DNA of 17,571 nt, from IMG/VR virus record IMGVR_UViG_2740892230_000036; one strand, 5' to 3'. Every line of letters begins with the position of its first letter. Position 1 is the first letter of the stretch. The translations under genes and the position numbers were made by a program. The DNA comes from a virus. Lineage: Duplodnaviria; Heunggongvirae; Uroviricota; Caudoviricetes. Shown in pieces: positions 1 through 7,787 of the stretch. The notes beneath the pieces are model-generated. The model saw only the letters and a program-made list of their open reading frames with translations, was not told the DNA's origin and did not search any database.

Positions 1-471
1 CTAAACGATGCGGCAGGCGTCGGCTTCCCAGCGGTAACCAACGCCGTAAACGGCGCGGATAAATGACTGTTCGGCGTCGAGAGATTCCAGCTTGCGGCGC
101 AGGTTTTTAATGTGGCTGTCGATGGTGCGGTCGGTTACTACGCGGTAGTCGTCATAAAGATGATTGAGCAAATGCTCGCGGGAGAACACTTTTCCTGGTT
201 CATGAGAGAGCGTTTTCAGCAGACGAAATTCCGCAGGCGTCAGGTCAAGCATTTTACCGCGCCATGAAGCCTGAAAACGACCTTCGTCGATAATCAACGG
301 GCTTTCAGCATCCTGTTGCTGCAACTCGCGCTGCGGTTTGCAACGGCGCAAAATGGTTTTGACGCGCGCTACCACTTCCCGTGGGCTGTACGGCTTGCAG
401 ATGTAGTCATCTGCGCCAATCTCCAGTCCGAGCAGGCGGTCGATCTCTTCGATTTTTGCCGTCACCATCAC
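1..471 (-). CDS. baeR: OmpR-family response regulator, C-terminal 156 aa (BaeR-like); upstream part of the gene missing at the N-run
   Basis: Minus-strand ORF with stop at 1-3 (cta = TAG). Translation (…[27 protein letters not shown]…[18 protein letters not shown]) matches my memory of E. coli BaeR: end of the receiver domain plus the winged-helix DNA-binding domain. The ORF runs into the N-run at 474-483 and the sequence beyond does not continue the gene. Confidence 0.7.
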   Translation of the reverse strand: MMVTAKIEEIDRLLGLEIGADDYICKPYSPREVVARVKTILRRCKPQRELQQQDAESPLIIDEGRFQASWRGKMLDLTPAEFRLLKTLSHEPGKVFSREHLLNHLYDDYRVVTDRTIDSHIKNLRRKLESLDAEQSFIRAVYGVGYRWEADACRIV

Positions 472-473
472 GA

Positions 474-483
474 NNNNNNNNNN
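474..483. other. Run of 10 N (assembly gap or masked bases)
   Basis: Literal n characters in the sequence. Adjacency of the two sides cannot be trusted. Confidence 0.99.
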
Positions 484-521
484 TATGCGCGTTCTGGCTG
501 TGCGTAGCCGGAACCTGTGGG

Positions 522-554
522 AGCACGATGCCGATAAGTGAAAGGCATCGTGCT
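522..554. repeat. Perfect 11-bp inverted repeat (stem-loop) in host flank
   Basis: agcacgatgcc (522-532) / ggcatcgtgct (544-554) around an 11-nt loop gataagtgaaa. No adjacent T-run on either strand. Confidence 0.6.
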
Positions 555-618
555 ATGAAGGAGGATTCTATCGATGTGGTCAATGGAAGACGGTTACCAG
601 AGATAGGGCTTATGCATA

Positions 619-645
619 AAAAAATAAGCCCGTGTAAGGGAGATT
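619..645. other. P2 attachment-site core at the int-proximal prophage junction (attL by analogy)
   Basis: aaaaaataagcccgtgtaagggagatt matches the 27-bp P2 att core as I recall it. Its reverse complement is the 3' terminator end of the CyaR (RyeE) sRNA, where P2-type elements sit in E. coli K-12. Lies ~80 bp from the int stop. Confidence 0.75.
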
Positions 646-724
646 TAGGGTGTCACCAGTAGGGGCTTTCAACGGTACAATGCGGGTTTGAGCGGCATAA
701 ATTACCACTGAAAGCCCTTAAACG

Positions 725-1738
725 TTACTCTACTGTGGACACTGTGTGGACACTCTCGGCCTCAGTACCACCTCTTAGCGGATTAAGAGAAATGGCGTCC
801 TGAAGGTACTCTGGCGCAAAATGAGCGTAAACCATAGTTTGCTCAATCCGCGTGTGACCTAGTATCCGTTGTAGCGTGATAATACTTCCTCCATTAATCA
901 TGAAATGAGTGGCAAAGCTGTGCCTTAGTGCATGTGTGGCTTGCCCCATTGGCAAATCCGGTTTTATTGCTTTCATTGTTCGTCTGAAGCGAGGGTAATC
1001 AGCATCAGGGAATAAAAAACCTCGTTTGTTATCCGCGATCATTTTGGCAACAGCCTCTGAGATCGGGACGGTGCGTGGTTTGTTTGTTTTCGTTTTAACA
1101 AACGTGACGCGGTTATGGATGATATTTTCTGCTTTCAAACGAGCTGCTTCTCCCCAACGTGCTCCAGTACTCAGGCAAAGAATCGCAATCTTTTTATTGT
1201 CGCCGTCAAGAGCAGCAAGCAGTAAGGCAATTTCTTCCTGCGTGAGATAGCCTGTGTCTGGTTTTTCCTCCTTAAGCCTTTTTGTCCCTCTGATAGGGTG
1301 CTCACCAAAGAATAACTCCGCTTCAATCAGGGCTGTAAACATGCCGCTAATACATGTTAAATCACGATTGATACTCGAAGGTTTAATACCCTGACTTCTT
1401 CGGGTGGCGCAGTACTGGCTGATAAGCGATTTCGTAATTTGAAATGCGCATGGGTCATTCGTTATTTTTGTGAAGATTTCAATTTTTCCAAGATTAGATT
1501 TCCCATGCTCTTCGTGTTTACCCTTTAAATCCCACCAGATCTGTGTCAGCTCCGACAGACGTCGCTTGTCTGTTGGTTTTGATAGCCATTCTTTATTGTG
1601 GTGGTTGTACAACGTGTATTTCTCGAAAGCGACAGCTTCGCTTTTCTTATCAAACTTCCTACGGATGCGTTTTCCATTACGTCCAGTAGGGCGGATGTCC
1701 ACTTCATATCGACCATCATCGAGTTTTTTGATTGCCAT
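725..1738 (-). CDS. int: Tyrosine integrase (P2 Int), 337 aa
   Basis: ORF track 337 aa; sequence recognised as P2 Int with the C-terminal tyrosine-recombinase motifs (…HALRHSFATH…LGHTRIEQTMVYAH…). SD GGAGGG 7 nt upstream of ATG; transcribed with C. Confidence 0.93.
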   Translation of the reverse strand: MAIKKLDDGRYEVDIRPTGRNGKRIRRKFDKKSEAVAFEKYTLYNHHNKEWLSKPTDKRRLSELTQIWWDLKGKHEEHGKSNLGKIEIFTKITNDPCAFQITKSLISQYCATRRSQGIKPSSINRDLTCISGMFTALIEAELFFGEHPIRGTKRLKEEKPDTGYLTQEEIALLLAALDGDNKKIAILCLSTGARWGEAARLKAENIIHNRVTFVKTKTNKPRTVPISEAVAKMIADNKRGFLFPDADYPRFRRTMKAIKPDLPMGQATHALRHSFATHFMINGGSIITLQRILGHTRIEQTMVYAHFAPEYLQDAISLNPLRGGTEAESVHTVSTVE

Positions 1739-1853
1739 CAGAAAACCCTCCGAGTGGTGTGTTTTTTGGCGACTACTAATCGCTTTTTTCGTGGTGGCTG
1801 AAATTTAGCCACCAATAGTAGGCACTTGTGATGAATATATTCACGATGAATTG

Positions 1854-2153
1854 TTAACCAGTCTTTTGACCGGAGTGGGGCGACGTTGTTTCGTTTTGCC
1901 CAAAGTGTGCGAGAGCGGGCGCAATTTGCCCGGACTCAGGAGCGATCTGATTGGTCATGAACCATAAAGTGTATTTGGTGAATTGTGGGGTCTGCAGGAT
2001 GTTCATCATGACATCTGTTGGAGGTGTTGAACGACCACTTTCATAGTAACTCAGCGTGCCATACGGAACCCCTGTTAAATCAGCAAGTTGTTGTCTGCTC
2101 AAATACTCTGATTTTCGCATTAAGACTATCTTCTCGCTTATCGTGTTTGACAT
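1854..2153 (-). CDS. C: Immunity repressor C, 99 aa
   Basis: 99-aa ORF directly upstream of int on the same strand, length and sequence as remembered for P2 C; N-terminal HTH (…LSRQQLADLTGVPYGTLSYYESG…). Confidence 0.9.
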   Translation of the reverse strand: MSNTISEKIVLMRKSEYLSRQQLADLTGVPYGTLSYYESGRSTPPTDVMMNILQTPQFTKYTLWFMTNQIAPESGQIAPALAHFGQNETTSPHSGQKTG

Positions 2154-2175
2154 GGTGTTTAGATCTCAATAGTAT
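2147..2175 (+). promoter_or_regulatory. Candidate early promoter Pe (-35 TTGACA 2147-2152, 17-bp spacer, -10 TAGTAT 2170-2175) followed by direct repeats ATTTAGT (2174-2180) / GTTTAGT (2194-2200), candidate C operators
   Basis: Perfect -35 hexamer overlapping the C start codon; plausible -10 at correct spacing; the 7-bp direct repeats are 20 bp apart around the predicted start site. Assignment to Pe and the C operators is by analogy with the P2 face-to-face switch. Confidence 0.45.
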
Positions 2176-2219
2176 TTAGTTTAGATGTAGATTGTTTAGT
2201 GCTTGGATGTGGGCACTAA

Positions 2220-2238
2220 AAGGCATTATAAGGCATTA
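2220..2238 (-). promoter_or_regulatory. Candidate lysogenic promoter Pc -10 (TATAAT on minus strand, 2225-2230) inside tandem AAGGCATTA repeats (2220-2228, 2230-2238), candidate Cox boxes
   Basis: Perfect TATAAT on the minus strand ~70 bp upstream of the C start. Two exact 9-bp direct repeats with 10-bp period overlap it. No good -35 found. Function inferred from P2 biology. Confidence 0.4.
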
Positions 2239-2267
2239 AACGCAATTCATGAGGGCTGGAGGACGAC

Positions 2268-2543
2268 ATGAGCAAGCAAGTAACACTCATGACTGATGCG
2301 ATTCCTTATCAGGAGTTCGCAAAACTAATAGGAAAATCGACAGGAGCGGTTCGTCGGATGATCGATAAAGGAAAGCTGCCTGTAATTGATATGACCGATC
2401 CACAATCAGCTTCAGGTCGTGCAGGTGAATATTGGGTATACCTTCCGGCATGGAATAACGGACTAAAACTGGCTTATGAAAGCCGCCCTAAAGAGATTCG
2501 TGACGGCTGGTTGATGTGGTTAGGTCTCGGTGAACCACGTTAA
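2268..2543 (+). CDS. cox: Cox (excisionase / Pc repressor), 91 aa
   Basis: 91-aa ORF, SD GGAGGA 6 nt upstream, first gene of the rightward operon divergent from C; matches P2 Cox position and length. Confidence 0.9.
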   Translation: MSKQVTLMTDAIPYQEFAKLIGKSTGAVRRMIDKGKLPVIDMTDPQSASGRAGEYWVYLPAWNNGLKLAYESRPKEIRDGWLMWLGLGEPR

Positions 2544-2553
2544 GGAGAACCGT

Positions 2554-2724
2554 ATGAATGAGCCTCGTTGTATTGCTCAGTTACTGCGTAACGAAAGCCC
2601 CAGGGCGATTGACTTCAACATCACCCACGGTAAGGGGCGTAAGGGAATCATTATCCGCACCAAAAAACAGAGTCCGTTAAAAAAGGCTCTGACCTTTCTG
2701 AAAAGCCGGAGGGTCTGGAAATGA
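2554..2724 (+). CDS. P2 orf78-like small protein (56 aa)
   Basis: ORF track 2530-2724; ATG at 2554 is preferred because it has an AAGGAG SD 6 nt upstream. Stop overlaps the B start. Confidence 0.7.
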   Translation: MNEPRCIAQLLRNESPRAIDFNITHGKGRKGIIIRTKKQSPLKKALTFLKSRRVWK

Positions 2725-3221
2725 CAGTGATGACGCTTAATCTCGTCGAAAAACAGCCAGCAGCTATGCGCCGGATAATTGGTAAGCATCTTGCCGTCCC
2801 TCGCTGGCAGGAGACATGCGATTATTATAATCAGATGATGGAACGCGAACGGCTAACGGTTTGCTTCCATGCGCAGTTAAAACAGCGTCACGCAACGATG
2901 CGTTTTGAAGAAATGAATGATGTCGAACGTGAACGACTGGTATGTGCAATTGATGAATTGCGTGGGGCATTCTCAAAACGCCGTCAGGTTGGCGCAAGTG
3001 AGTATGCATATATTAGTTTTTTAACAGTCAGTCAGCGTCGTACTTTATTTATGCATGCCGGATTGACTGAAAAAGAATTCAACCAGCCATACTGGCGAAT
3101 TAATGAAGAATCATGTTACTGGCGTGATGCTTTATTCCGTGCATTACGTGAATTATTCAGCCTGTTTGAGTATGCACCGACAATTCTGACGTCGGTAAAA
3201 CCAGAGCAATATCTGCATTAA
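2721..3221 (+). CDS. B: Replication protein B (helicase-loader-like), 166 aa
   Basis: 166-aa ORF in the P2 B position and of the P2 B length; ATGA overlap with the orf78 stop. Confidence 0.88.
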   Translation: MTVMTLNLVEKQPAAMRRIIGKHLAVPRWQETCDYYNQMMERERLTVCFHAQLKQRHATMRFEEMNDVERERLVCAIDELRGAFSKRRQVGASEYAYISFLTVSQRRTLFMHAGLTEKEFNQPYWRINEESCYWRDALFRALRELFSLFEYAPTILTSVKPEQYLH

Positions 3222-3284
3222 GTAATTAACCAGAGTTTTTAACGCACTTAATTGTGCGGGGCTTCTTTTTGCCTGGAGAAAGTC

Positions 3285-3509
3285 ATGCATACAGTTTCTG
3301 AAAATCAGTGCGGTAAATACGCATTACTGCTGCAACAGGCCAGAACCGAAGCACAGGCCGACGCAGCGACGCGCTTTTCTTCTCATCTTGACGCCATGAT
3401 TCGCCACATCACAAAGGCGGAGTTATCCCGCGTGGAGATAGTCGAGCTGCTCAGTCAGGAGTCGGAAAAATTTCACAATATCGGATTGTCTCGCGGGGAG
3501 GTGCTTTGA
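3285..3509 (+). CDS. P2 orf80-like hypothetical protein (74 aa)
   Basis: ORF track 3252-3509; ATG at 3285 preferred (GGAGAAAG SD upstream). Conserved position and length. Confidence 0.7.
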   Translation: MHTVSENQCGKYALLLQQARTEAQADAATRFSSHLDAMIRHITKAELSRVEIVELLSQESEKFHNIGLSRGEVL

Positions 3510-3811
3510 TGTCCTGTTCTCGTTCAGTTGTATTACTGAATAACGCCTTAAAAATCGCCGTTATGAAAAATGGCGATTTATCTCTTATTCAACTTGGTCT
3601 TGATAAAGAAAAACGCGAAATAACTGAGTCAGTTATCGCGATTTATCAGAACGAATTAAATCTCCTGTCTGATGTGGTCAATTTACTTGTTAAACGCGCT
3701 GTATTTCACAAGCAAATCTCCTCCGTGGATGAACTGACGAAATTAACGACAGAAATTGCCAGCTATTGCGCTGATGAATTTAAAAAACTTAACGACAAAA
3801 GGAGCTGGTAA
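3509..3811 (+). CDS. P2 orf81-like hypothetical protein (100 aa)
   Basis: ATG at 3509 overlaps the orf80 stop (TGATG); GGGAGG SD upstream. Confidence 0.75.
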   Translation: MSCSRSVVLLNNALKIAVMKNGDLSLIQLGLDKEKREITESVIAIYQNELNLLSDVVNLLVKRAVFHKQISSVDELTKLTTEIASYCADEFKKLNDKRSW

Positions 3812-4035
3812 TGCCGGACAACGTAGATTTTATTCAGGAACAACAGGCTGAATTACTGGAGCGCCAGATTAACGCGGCAAGGGTAAAGCATTGCGGTGTT
3901 TCTGCGCTGGTTTGCGAAGAGTGTGACGCGCCAATACCTGCTGCCCGTCGTGCGGCTTATCCGTCAGCCACGCGTTGTGTTTCCTGCCAGTCAGTCTTTG
4001 AAGCAAAAAACAAACATTACCGGAGAACGGCATGA
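3811..4035 (+). CDS. P2 orf82-like, TraR/DksA-type C4 zinc-finger protein (74 aa)
   Basis: CEEC … ~18 aa … CVSC spacing typical of DksA/TraR zinc fingers; ATG overlaps the orf81 stop. Confidence 0.8.
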   Translation: MPDNVDFIQEQQAELLERQINAARVKHCGVSALVCEECDAPIPAARRAAYPSATRCVSCQSVFEAKNKHYRRTA

Positions 4036-4307
4036 GTATTCGTATTGAAATTGGCGAACGTTATGTCGTTACCAGTGACAGCTTTCAGTTTATTCTCCAC
4101 GAGAAAAAGAGAGCTGAAAGCGGTAAAAACGCCGGTCAGGAATGGTTGGCGGTGGTTGGTTATTACCCGAAATTAAGCCAGCTCGTTTCCGGCCTGATGC
4201 ATCACGATATTCTGACCGGAAGCGCAAAGTCTTTTGCTGATTTAAACGCGCAGGTTGAGCAACTCAGCAAGCGTTGTTCAGAGGCTTTTGGCTCATATGG
4301 CCGTTAA
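4032..4307 (+). CDS. P2 orf83-like hypothetical protein (91 aa)
   Basis: 91-aa ORF, start overlaps the orf82 stop, stop overlaps the A start region. Confidence 0.75.
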   Translation: MSIRIEIGERYVVTSDSFQFILHEKKRAESGKNAGQEWLAVVGYYPKLSQLVSGLMHHDILTGSAKSFADLNAQVEQLSKRCSEAFGSYGR

Positions 4308-6582
4308 AGCCTCCGGGCGTTTTGTCCCTCCGTCAGCATTTGCCGCAGGCACCGGTGAGACGTTTACCGGTGCTTATGCATGGAACGCGCCACGCGAGGC
4401 CGTCGGGCGCGAAAGACCCCTTACACGTGACGAGATGCGTCAGGTGCAAGGTGTTTTATCCACGATTAATCGCCTGCCTTACTTTTTGCGCTCGCTGTTT
4501 ACTTCACGCTATGACTACATCCGGCGCAATAAAAGCCCGGTGCACGGGTTTTATTTCCTCACATCCACTTTTCAGCGCCGTTTATGGCCGCGTATTGAGC
4601 GCGTGAATCAGCGCCATGAAATGAACACCGACGCGTCGTTGCTGTTTCTGGCAGAGCGTGACCATTATGCGCGTCTGCCGGGGATGAATGACAAGGAGCT
4701 GAAAAAGTTTGCCGCCCGTATCTCATCGCAGCTTTTCATGATGTATGAGGAACTTTGCGATGCATGGGTTGATGCACATGGCGAGAAAGAATCGCTGTTT
4801 ACAGATGAGGCGCAGGCGCATCTGTATGGTCATGTTGCTGGCGCTGCACGTGCTTTCAATATTTCCCCTCTCTACTGGAAAAAATACCGTAAAGGACAGA
4901 TGACCACGAGGCAGGCATATTCTGCCATTGCCCGCCTGTTTAACGATGAGTGGTGGATTAGTCAGCTTAAAGGCCAGCGTATGCGCTGGCATGAGGCGTT
5001 ACTGATTGCTGTCGGGGAGGTCAATAAAGACCGTTCACCTTATGCCAGTAAACATGCCATTCGTGATGTGCGTGCGCGCCGCCAGGCAAATCTGGAATTT
5101 CTTAAATCGTGTGACCTTGAAAACAGGGAAACCGGCGAGCGCATCGACCTTATCAGTAAGGTGATGGGCAGTATTTCTAATCCTGAAATTCGCCGGATGG
5201 AGCTGATGAACACCATTGCCGGTATTGAGCGTTACGCCGCCTCAGAGGGTGATGTGGGGATGTTTATCACGCTTACCGCGCCGTCAAAGTATCACCCGAC
5301 ACGTCAGGTTGGAAAAGGCGAAAATAAAACCGTCCAGCTTAATCACGGCTGGAATGATGAGGCATTTAATCCAAAGGATGCGCAGCGTTATCTCTGCCGT
5401 ATCTGGAGCCTGATGCGCACGGCATTCAAGGATAATGATTTACAGGTCTACGGTTTGCGAGTCGTCGAGCCACACCACGACGGAACGCCGCACTGGCATA
5501 TGATGCTTTTTTGTAATCCACGCCAGCGTAACCAGATTATCGAAATCATGCGTCGCTATGCGCTCAAAGAGGATGGCGACGAAAGAGGAGCCGCGCGAAA
5601 CCGTTTTCAGGCAAAACACCTTAACCGGGGCGGTGCTGCGGGATATATCGCGAAATACATTTCAAAAAATATCGACGGCTATGCACTGGATGGTCAGCTC
5701 GATAACGATACCGGCAGACCGCTGAAAGATACTGCGGCGGCTGTTACCGCATGGGCGTCAACGTGGCGCATCCCGCAATTTAAAACGGTTGGCCTGCCGA
5801 CAATGGGAGCTTACCGTGAGCTACGTAAATTGCCTCGCGGCGTCAGCATTGCTGATGAATTTGACGAACGCGTGGAGGCTGCACGCGCCGCCGCAGACAG
5901 TGGCGATTTTGCGTTGTATATCAGCGCGCAGGGCGGGGCAAATGTCCCGCGCGATTGTCAGACTGTCAGGGTCGCCCGTAGCCCGTCGGATGAAGTTAAC
6001 GAGTACGAGGAAGAAGTCGAGAGAGTGGTCGGCATTTACGCGCCGCATCTCGGCGCGCGTCATATTCATATCACCAGAACGACGGACTGGCGCATCGTGC
6101 CGAAAGTTCCGGTCGTTGAGCCTTTGACTTTAAAAAGCGGCATCGCCGCGCCTCGGAGTCCTGTCAATAACTGTGGAAAGCTCTCCGGTGGTGATACTTC
6201 GTTACCGGTTCCCACACCTTCTGAACATGCCGCAGCCGTGCTTAATCTGGTTGATGACGGTGTTATCGAATGGAATGAGCCAGAGGTCGTGAGGGCGCTC
6301 AGAGGTGCATTAAAACACGGACTGAGAACACCAAATCGTCAGCAGAGAAACGGAAGCCTGTTAAAACCACATGAAATAGCGCCATCGGCCAGACTGACCC
6401 GGTCGGAACGAACGCAAATTACCCGTATCCGCGTTGACCTTGCTCAGAACGGTATCAGGCCGCAGCGATGGGAGATTGAGGCGCTGGCGCGTGGGGCAAC
6501 CGTAAATTATGACGGGAAAAAATTCACGTATCCGGTCGCTGATGAGTGGCCGGGATTCTCAACAGTAATGGAGTGGACATGA
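4297..6582 (+). CDS. A: Rolling-circle replication initiator A (HUH endonuclease), 761 aa
   Basis: ORF track 4255-6582; in-frame ATG at 4297 gives 761 aa, the P2 A length. HUH-type motif (…GTPHWHMMLF…) and paired active-site tyrosines (…GYIAKYISKN…). Confidence 0.92.
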   Translation: MAVKASGRFVPPSAFAAGTGETFTGAYAWNAPREAVGRERPLTRDEMRQVQGVLSTINRLPYFLRSLFTSRYDYIRRNKSPVHGFYFLTSTFQRRLWPRIERVNQRHEMNTDASLLFLAERDHYARLPGMNDKELKKFAARISSQLFMMYEELCDAWVDAHGEKESLFTDEAQAHLYGHVAGAARAFNISPLYWKKYRKGQMTTRQAYSAIARLFNDEWWISQLKGQRMRWHEALLIAVGEVNKDRSPYASKHAIRDVRARRQANLEFLKSCDLENRETGERIDLISKVMGSISNPEIRRMELMNTIAGIERYAASEGDVGMFITLTAPSKYHPTRQVGKGENKTVQLNHGWNDEAFNPKDAQRYLCRIWSLMRTAFKDNDLQVYGLRVVEPHHDGTPHWHMMLFCNPRQRNQIIEIMRRYALKEDGDERGAARNRFQAKHLNRGGAAGYIAKYISKNIDGYALDGQLDNDTGRPLKDTAAAVTAWASTWRIPQFKTVGLPTMGAYRELRKLPRGVSIADEFDERVEAARAAADSGDFALYISAQGGANVPRDCQTVRVARSPSDEVNEYEEEVERVVGIYAPHLGARHIHITRTTDWRIVPKVPVVEPLTLKSGIAAPRSPVNNCGKLSGGDTSLPVPTPSEHAAAVLNLVDDGVIEWNEPEVVRALRGALKHGLRTPNRQQRNGSLLKPHEIAPSARLTRSERTQITRIRVDLAQNGIRPQRWEIEALARGATVNYDGKKFTYPVADEWPGFSTVMEWT
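6148..6167 (+). other. Candidate P2 ori / A-protein nick region inside the A gene
   Basis: gcgcctcggagtcctgtcaa lies in the 3' quarter of A, where the P2 origin is known to reside. The exact nick-site sequence is from memory and unverified. Confidence 0.35.
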
Positions 6583-7034
6583 TGGCAAAAATTCACGAGG
6601 TAAAGCTGCACGCAAAATATTTCGACCTTGTGCTGGAAGGAAAGAAACGCGCAGAGTTTAGGAAAAATGACCGTAATTATGAGCACGGGGACACGTTGAT
6701 TTTGCATGAATGGGTGCAGGGTGTGTATACGGGGCGAAAGGTTGAAGCCCGGATAACAGATGTTACTGACCTGTCAGATTGGCTGGAAGATTATGTCTTG
6801 CTAAGTATTGAGCTGCTTAATACAGGCGCATATGAGATTGTGAACTGGAAAGAACTTAGTGAGCGTGGTCTGGTATTCAGAATTAATCATGAAATTATGC
6901 ATCAGCTCGGCCTTGCTGTTATGTATGAACCAGAGACGGGGATGTCTGGCGGGGCAATGGTTGCCACGGATGGAGCATGGAACTATTCAGATGAACAGAT
7001 GGAGCGTGCACCGCAAAACGGGTGGCTTGGATAA
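6579..7034 (+). CDS. P2 orf91-like protein with ASCH/PUA-like (DUF3850-type) fold, ~151 aa
   Basis: ATG at 6579 overlaps the A stop; motif …KYFDLVLEGKKRAEFRKNDRNYEHGDTLILHEW… is typical of ASCH-like phage proteins. Start could be 6582. Confidence 0.75.
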   Translation: MMAKIHEVKLHAKYFDLVLEGKKRAEFRKNDRNYEHGDTLILHEWVQGVYTGRKVEARITDVTDLSDWLEDYVLLSIELLNTGAYEIVNWKELSERGLVFRINHEIMHQLGLAVMYEPETGMSGGAMVATDGAWNYSDEQMERAPQNGWLG

Positions 7035-7240
7035 TGCACAGAATACCAGGCGAGATACCGCACCATAAAACTAAAAATATCAAGCTGATGGCCATTGTTC
7101 ACCGTCTACAGCAGATTATGGTCAACGAAAATCTGACGCCCGATGAGCTAGTCGGGTGTGCCGAAATAGTCCGGGATAATTACGTATGGCTTAGCTATAT
7201 CGGTCAGTCCAGCGCTGCATCGCCACCACGCAGACGATAG
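7034..7240 (+). CDS. Hypothetical small protein (68 aa) at the hotspot boundary
   Basis: ATG overlaps the orf91 stop (TAATG); backbone-like composition; no recognisable domain. Alternative GTG start at 7022. Confidence 0.5.
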   Translation: MHRIPGEIPHHKTKNIKLMAIVHRLQQIMVNENLTPDELVGCAEIVRDNYVWLSYIGQSSAASPPRRR

Positions 7241-7429
7241 AGAACGCAGCCAGCTCAGGATTGGCGGGGGATAGAATAACGAGCATAGTGATGCGATTAG
7301 ACAAACAGACTGACTGGTACACTTAGGATGGTTATAGTGGTTTCTAAGTGCTTTAGCGATACATCTGGTGGACTGTTTTACCAACCTCAGAGTTAGCTGA
7401 ATTTTTAACAAAATACCATTTTGATAGAT

Positions 7430-7457
7430 TTGCCTAATTTATTAATTAAACTATACT
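7430..7457 (+). promoter_or_regulatory. Candidate sigma70 promoter for the plus-strand cargo operon (-35 TTGCCT 7430-7435, 16-bp spacer, -10 TATACT 7452-7457)
   Basis: Hexamers read directly in the AT-rich leader ~90 bp upstream of the 7549 start. Many alternative AT-rich hexamers exist nearby. Confidence 0.3.
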
Positions 7458-7548
7458 GGACTTATACACAGTGTTCTGTTAATTGTTAGGTTGGTAAGAT
7501 ATTGTGAGGAGGTGATTACTATCTTGGCATCAATCAAGTGGAGGTTAA

Positions 7549-7785
7549 ATGATGAATATATTTGAACGTATTATAGGTAAAGCTGCCATTGAAAAGGAAA
7601 GAGAACTGGCGAGGAGGCTTGAAGCATCTGGAACAAACACTGTTGAGGTGGTAGGTCGAGGCGCGATTATCACGTCTAAAGAAGACTTGGCAAGCTCAGA
7701 TACAGTAAAATTGATGAAAATTAAAGCAAGAAGAATAGTTTCTGAGCAGGTAAAGCAAGAAGAAAAAATGGCTAAAGGGAATTAA
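7549..7785 (+). CDS. Cargo gene 1: small soluble charged protein (78 aa), unknown function
   Basis: SD GTGGAGG 4-7 nt before ATG 7549/7552; AT-rich codon usage unlike the P2 backbone; stop 2 nt before the next gene's ATG. No domain recognised. Confidence 0.75.
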   Translation: MMNIFERIIGKAAIEKERELARRLEASGTNTVEVVGRGAIITSKEDLASSDTVKLMKIKARRIVSEQVKQEEKMAKGN

Positions 7786-7787
7786 TA

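Noticed and set aside
316-662. Plus-strand ORFs 316-507 and 381-662 that read through the N-run
   Set aside because: Translation across unknown bases (X residues); they are antisense to the response-regulator gene or run through the att region.
600-724. Possible tRNA gene at the integration site
   Set aside because: No cloverleaf-compatible sequence found. The att core matches an sRNA terminator (CyaR), not a tRNA 3' end.
4255-4606. Upstream extension of A to 4255 and the overlapping 110-aa ORF at 4274-4606
   Set aside because: ATG at 4297 gives exactly the 761-aa P2 A length and follows the orf83 stop; the 4255 start is a non-ATG codon inside orf83.
7148-7411. 87-aa minus-strand ORF across the orf91-side boundary
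   Set aside because: Overlaps the plus-strand 68-aa ORF and the cargo leader, with no SD; judged a chance frame.
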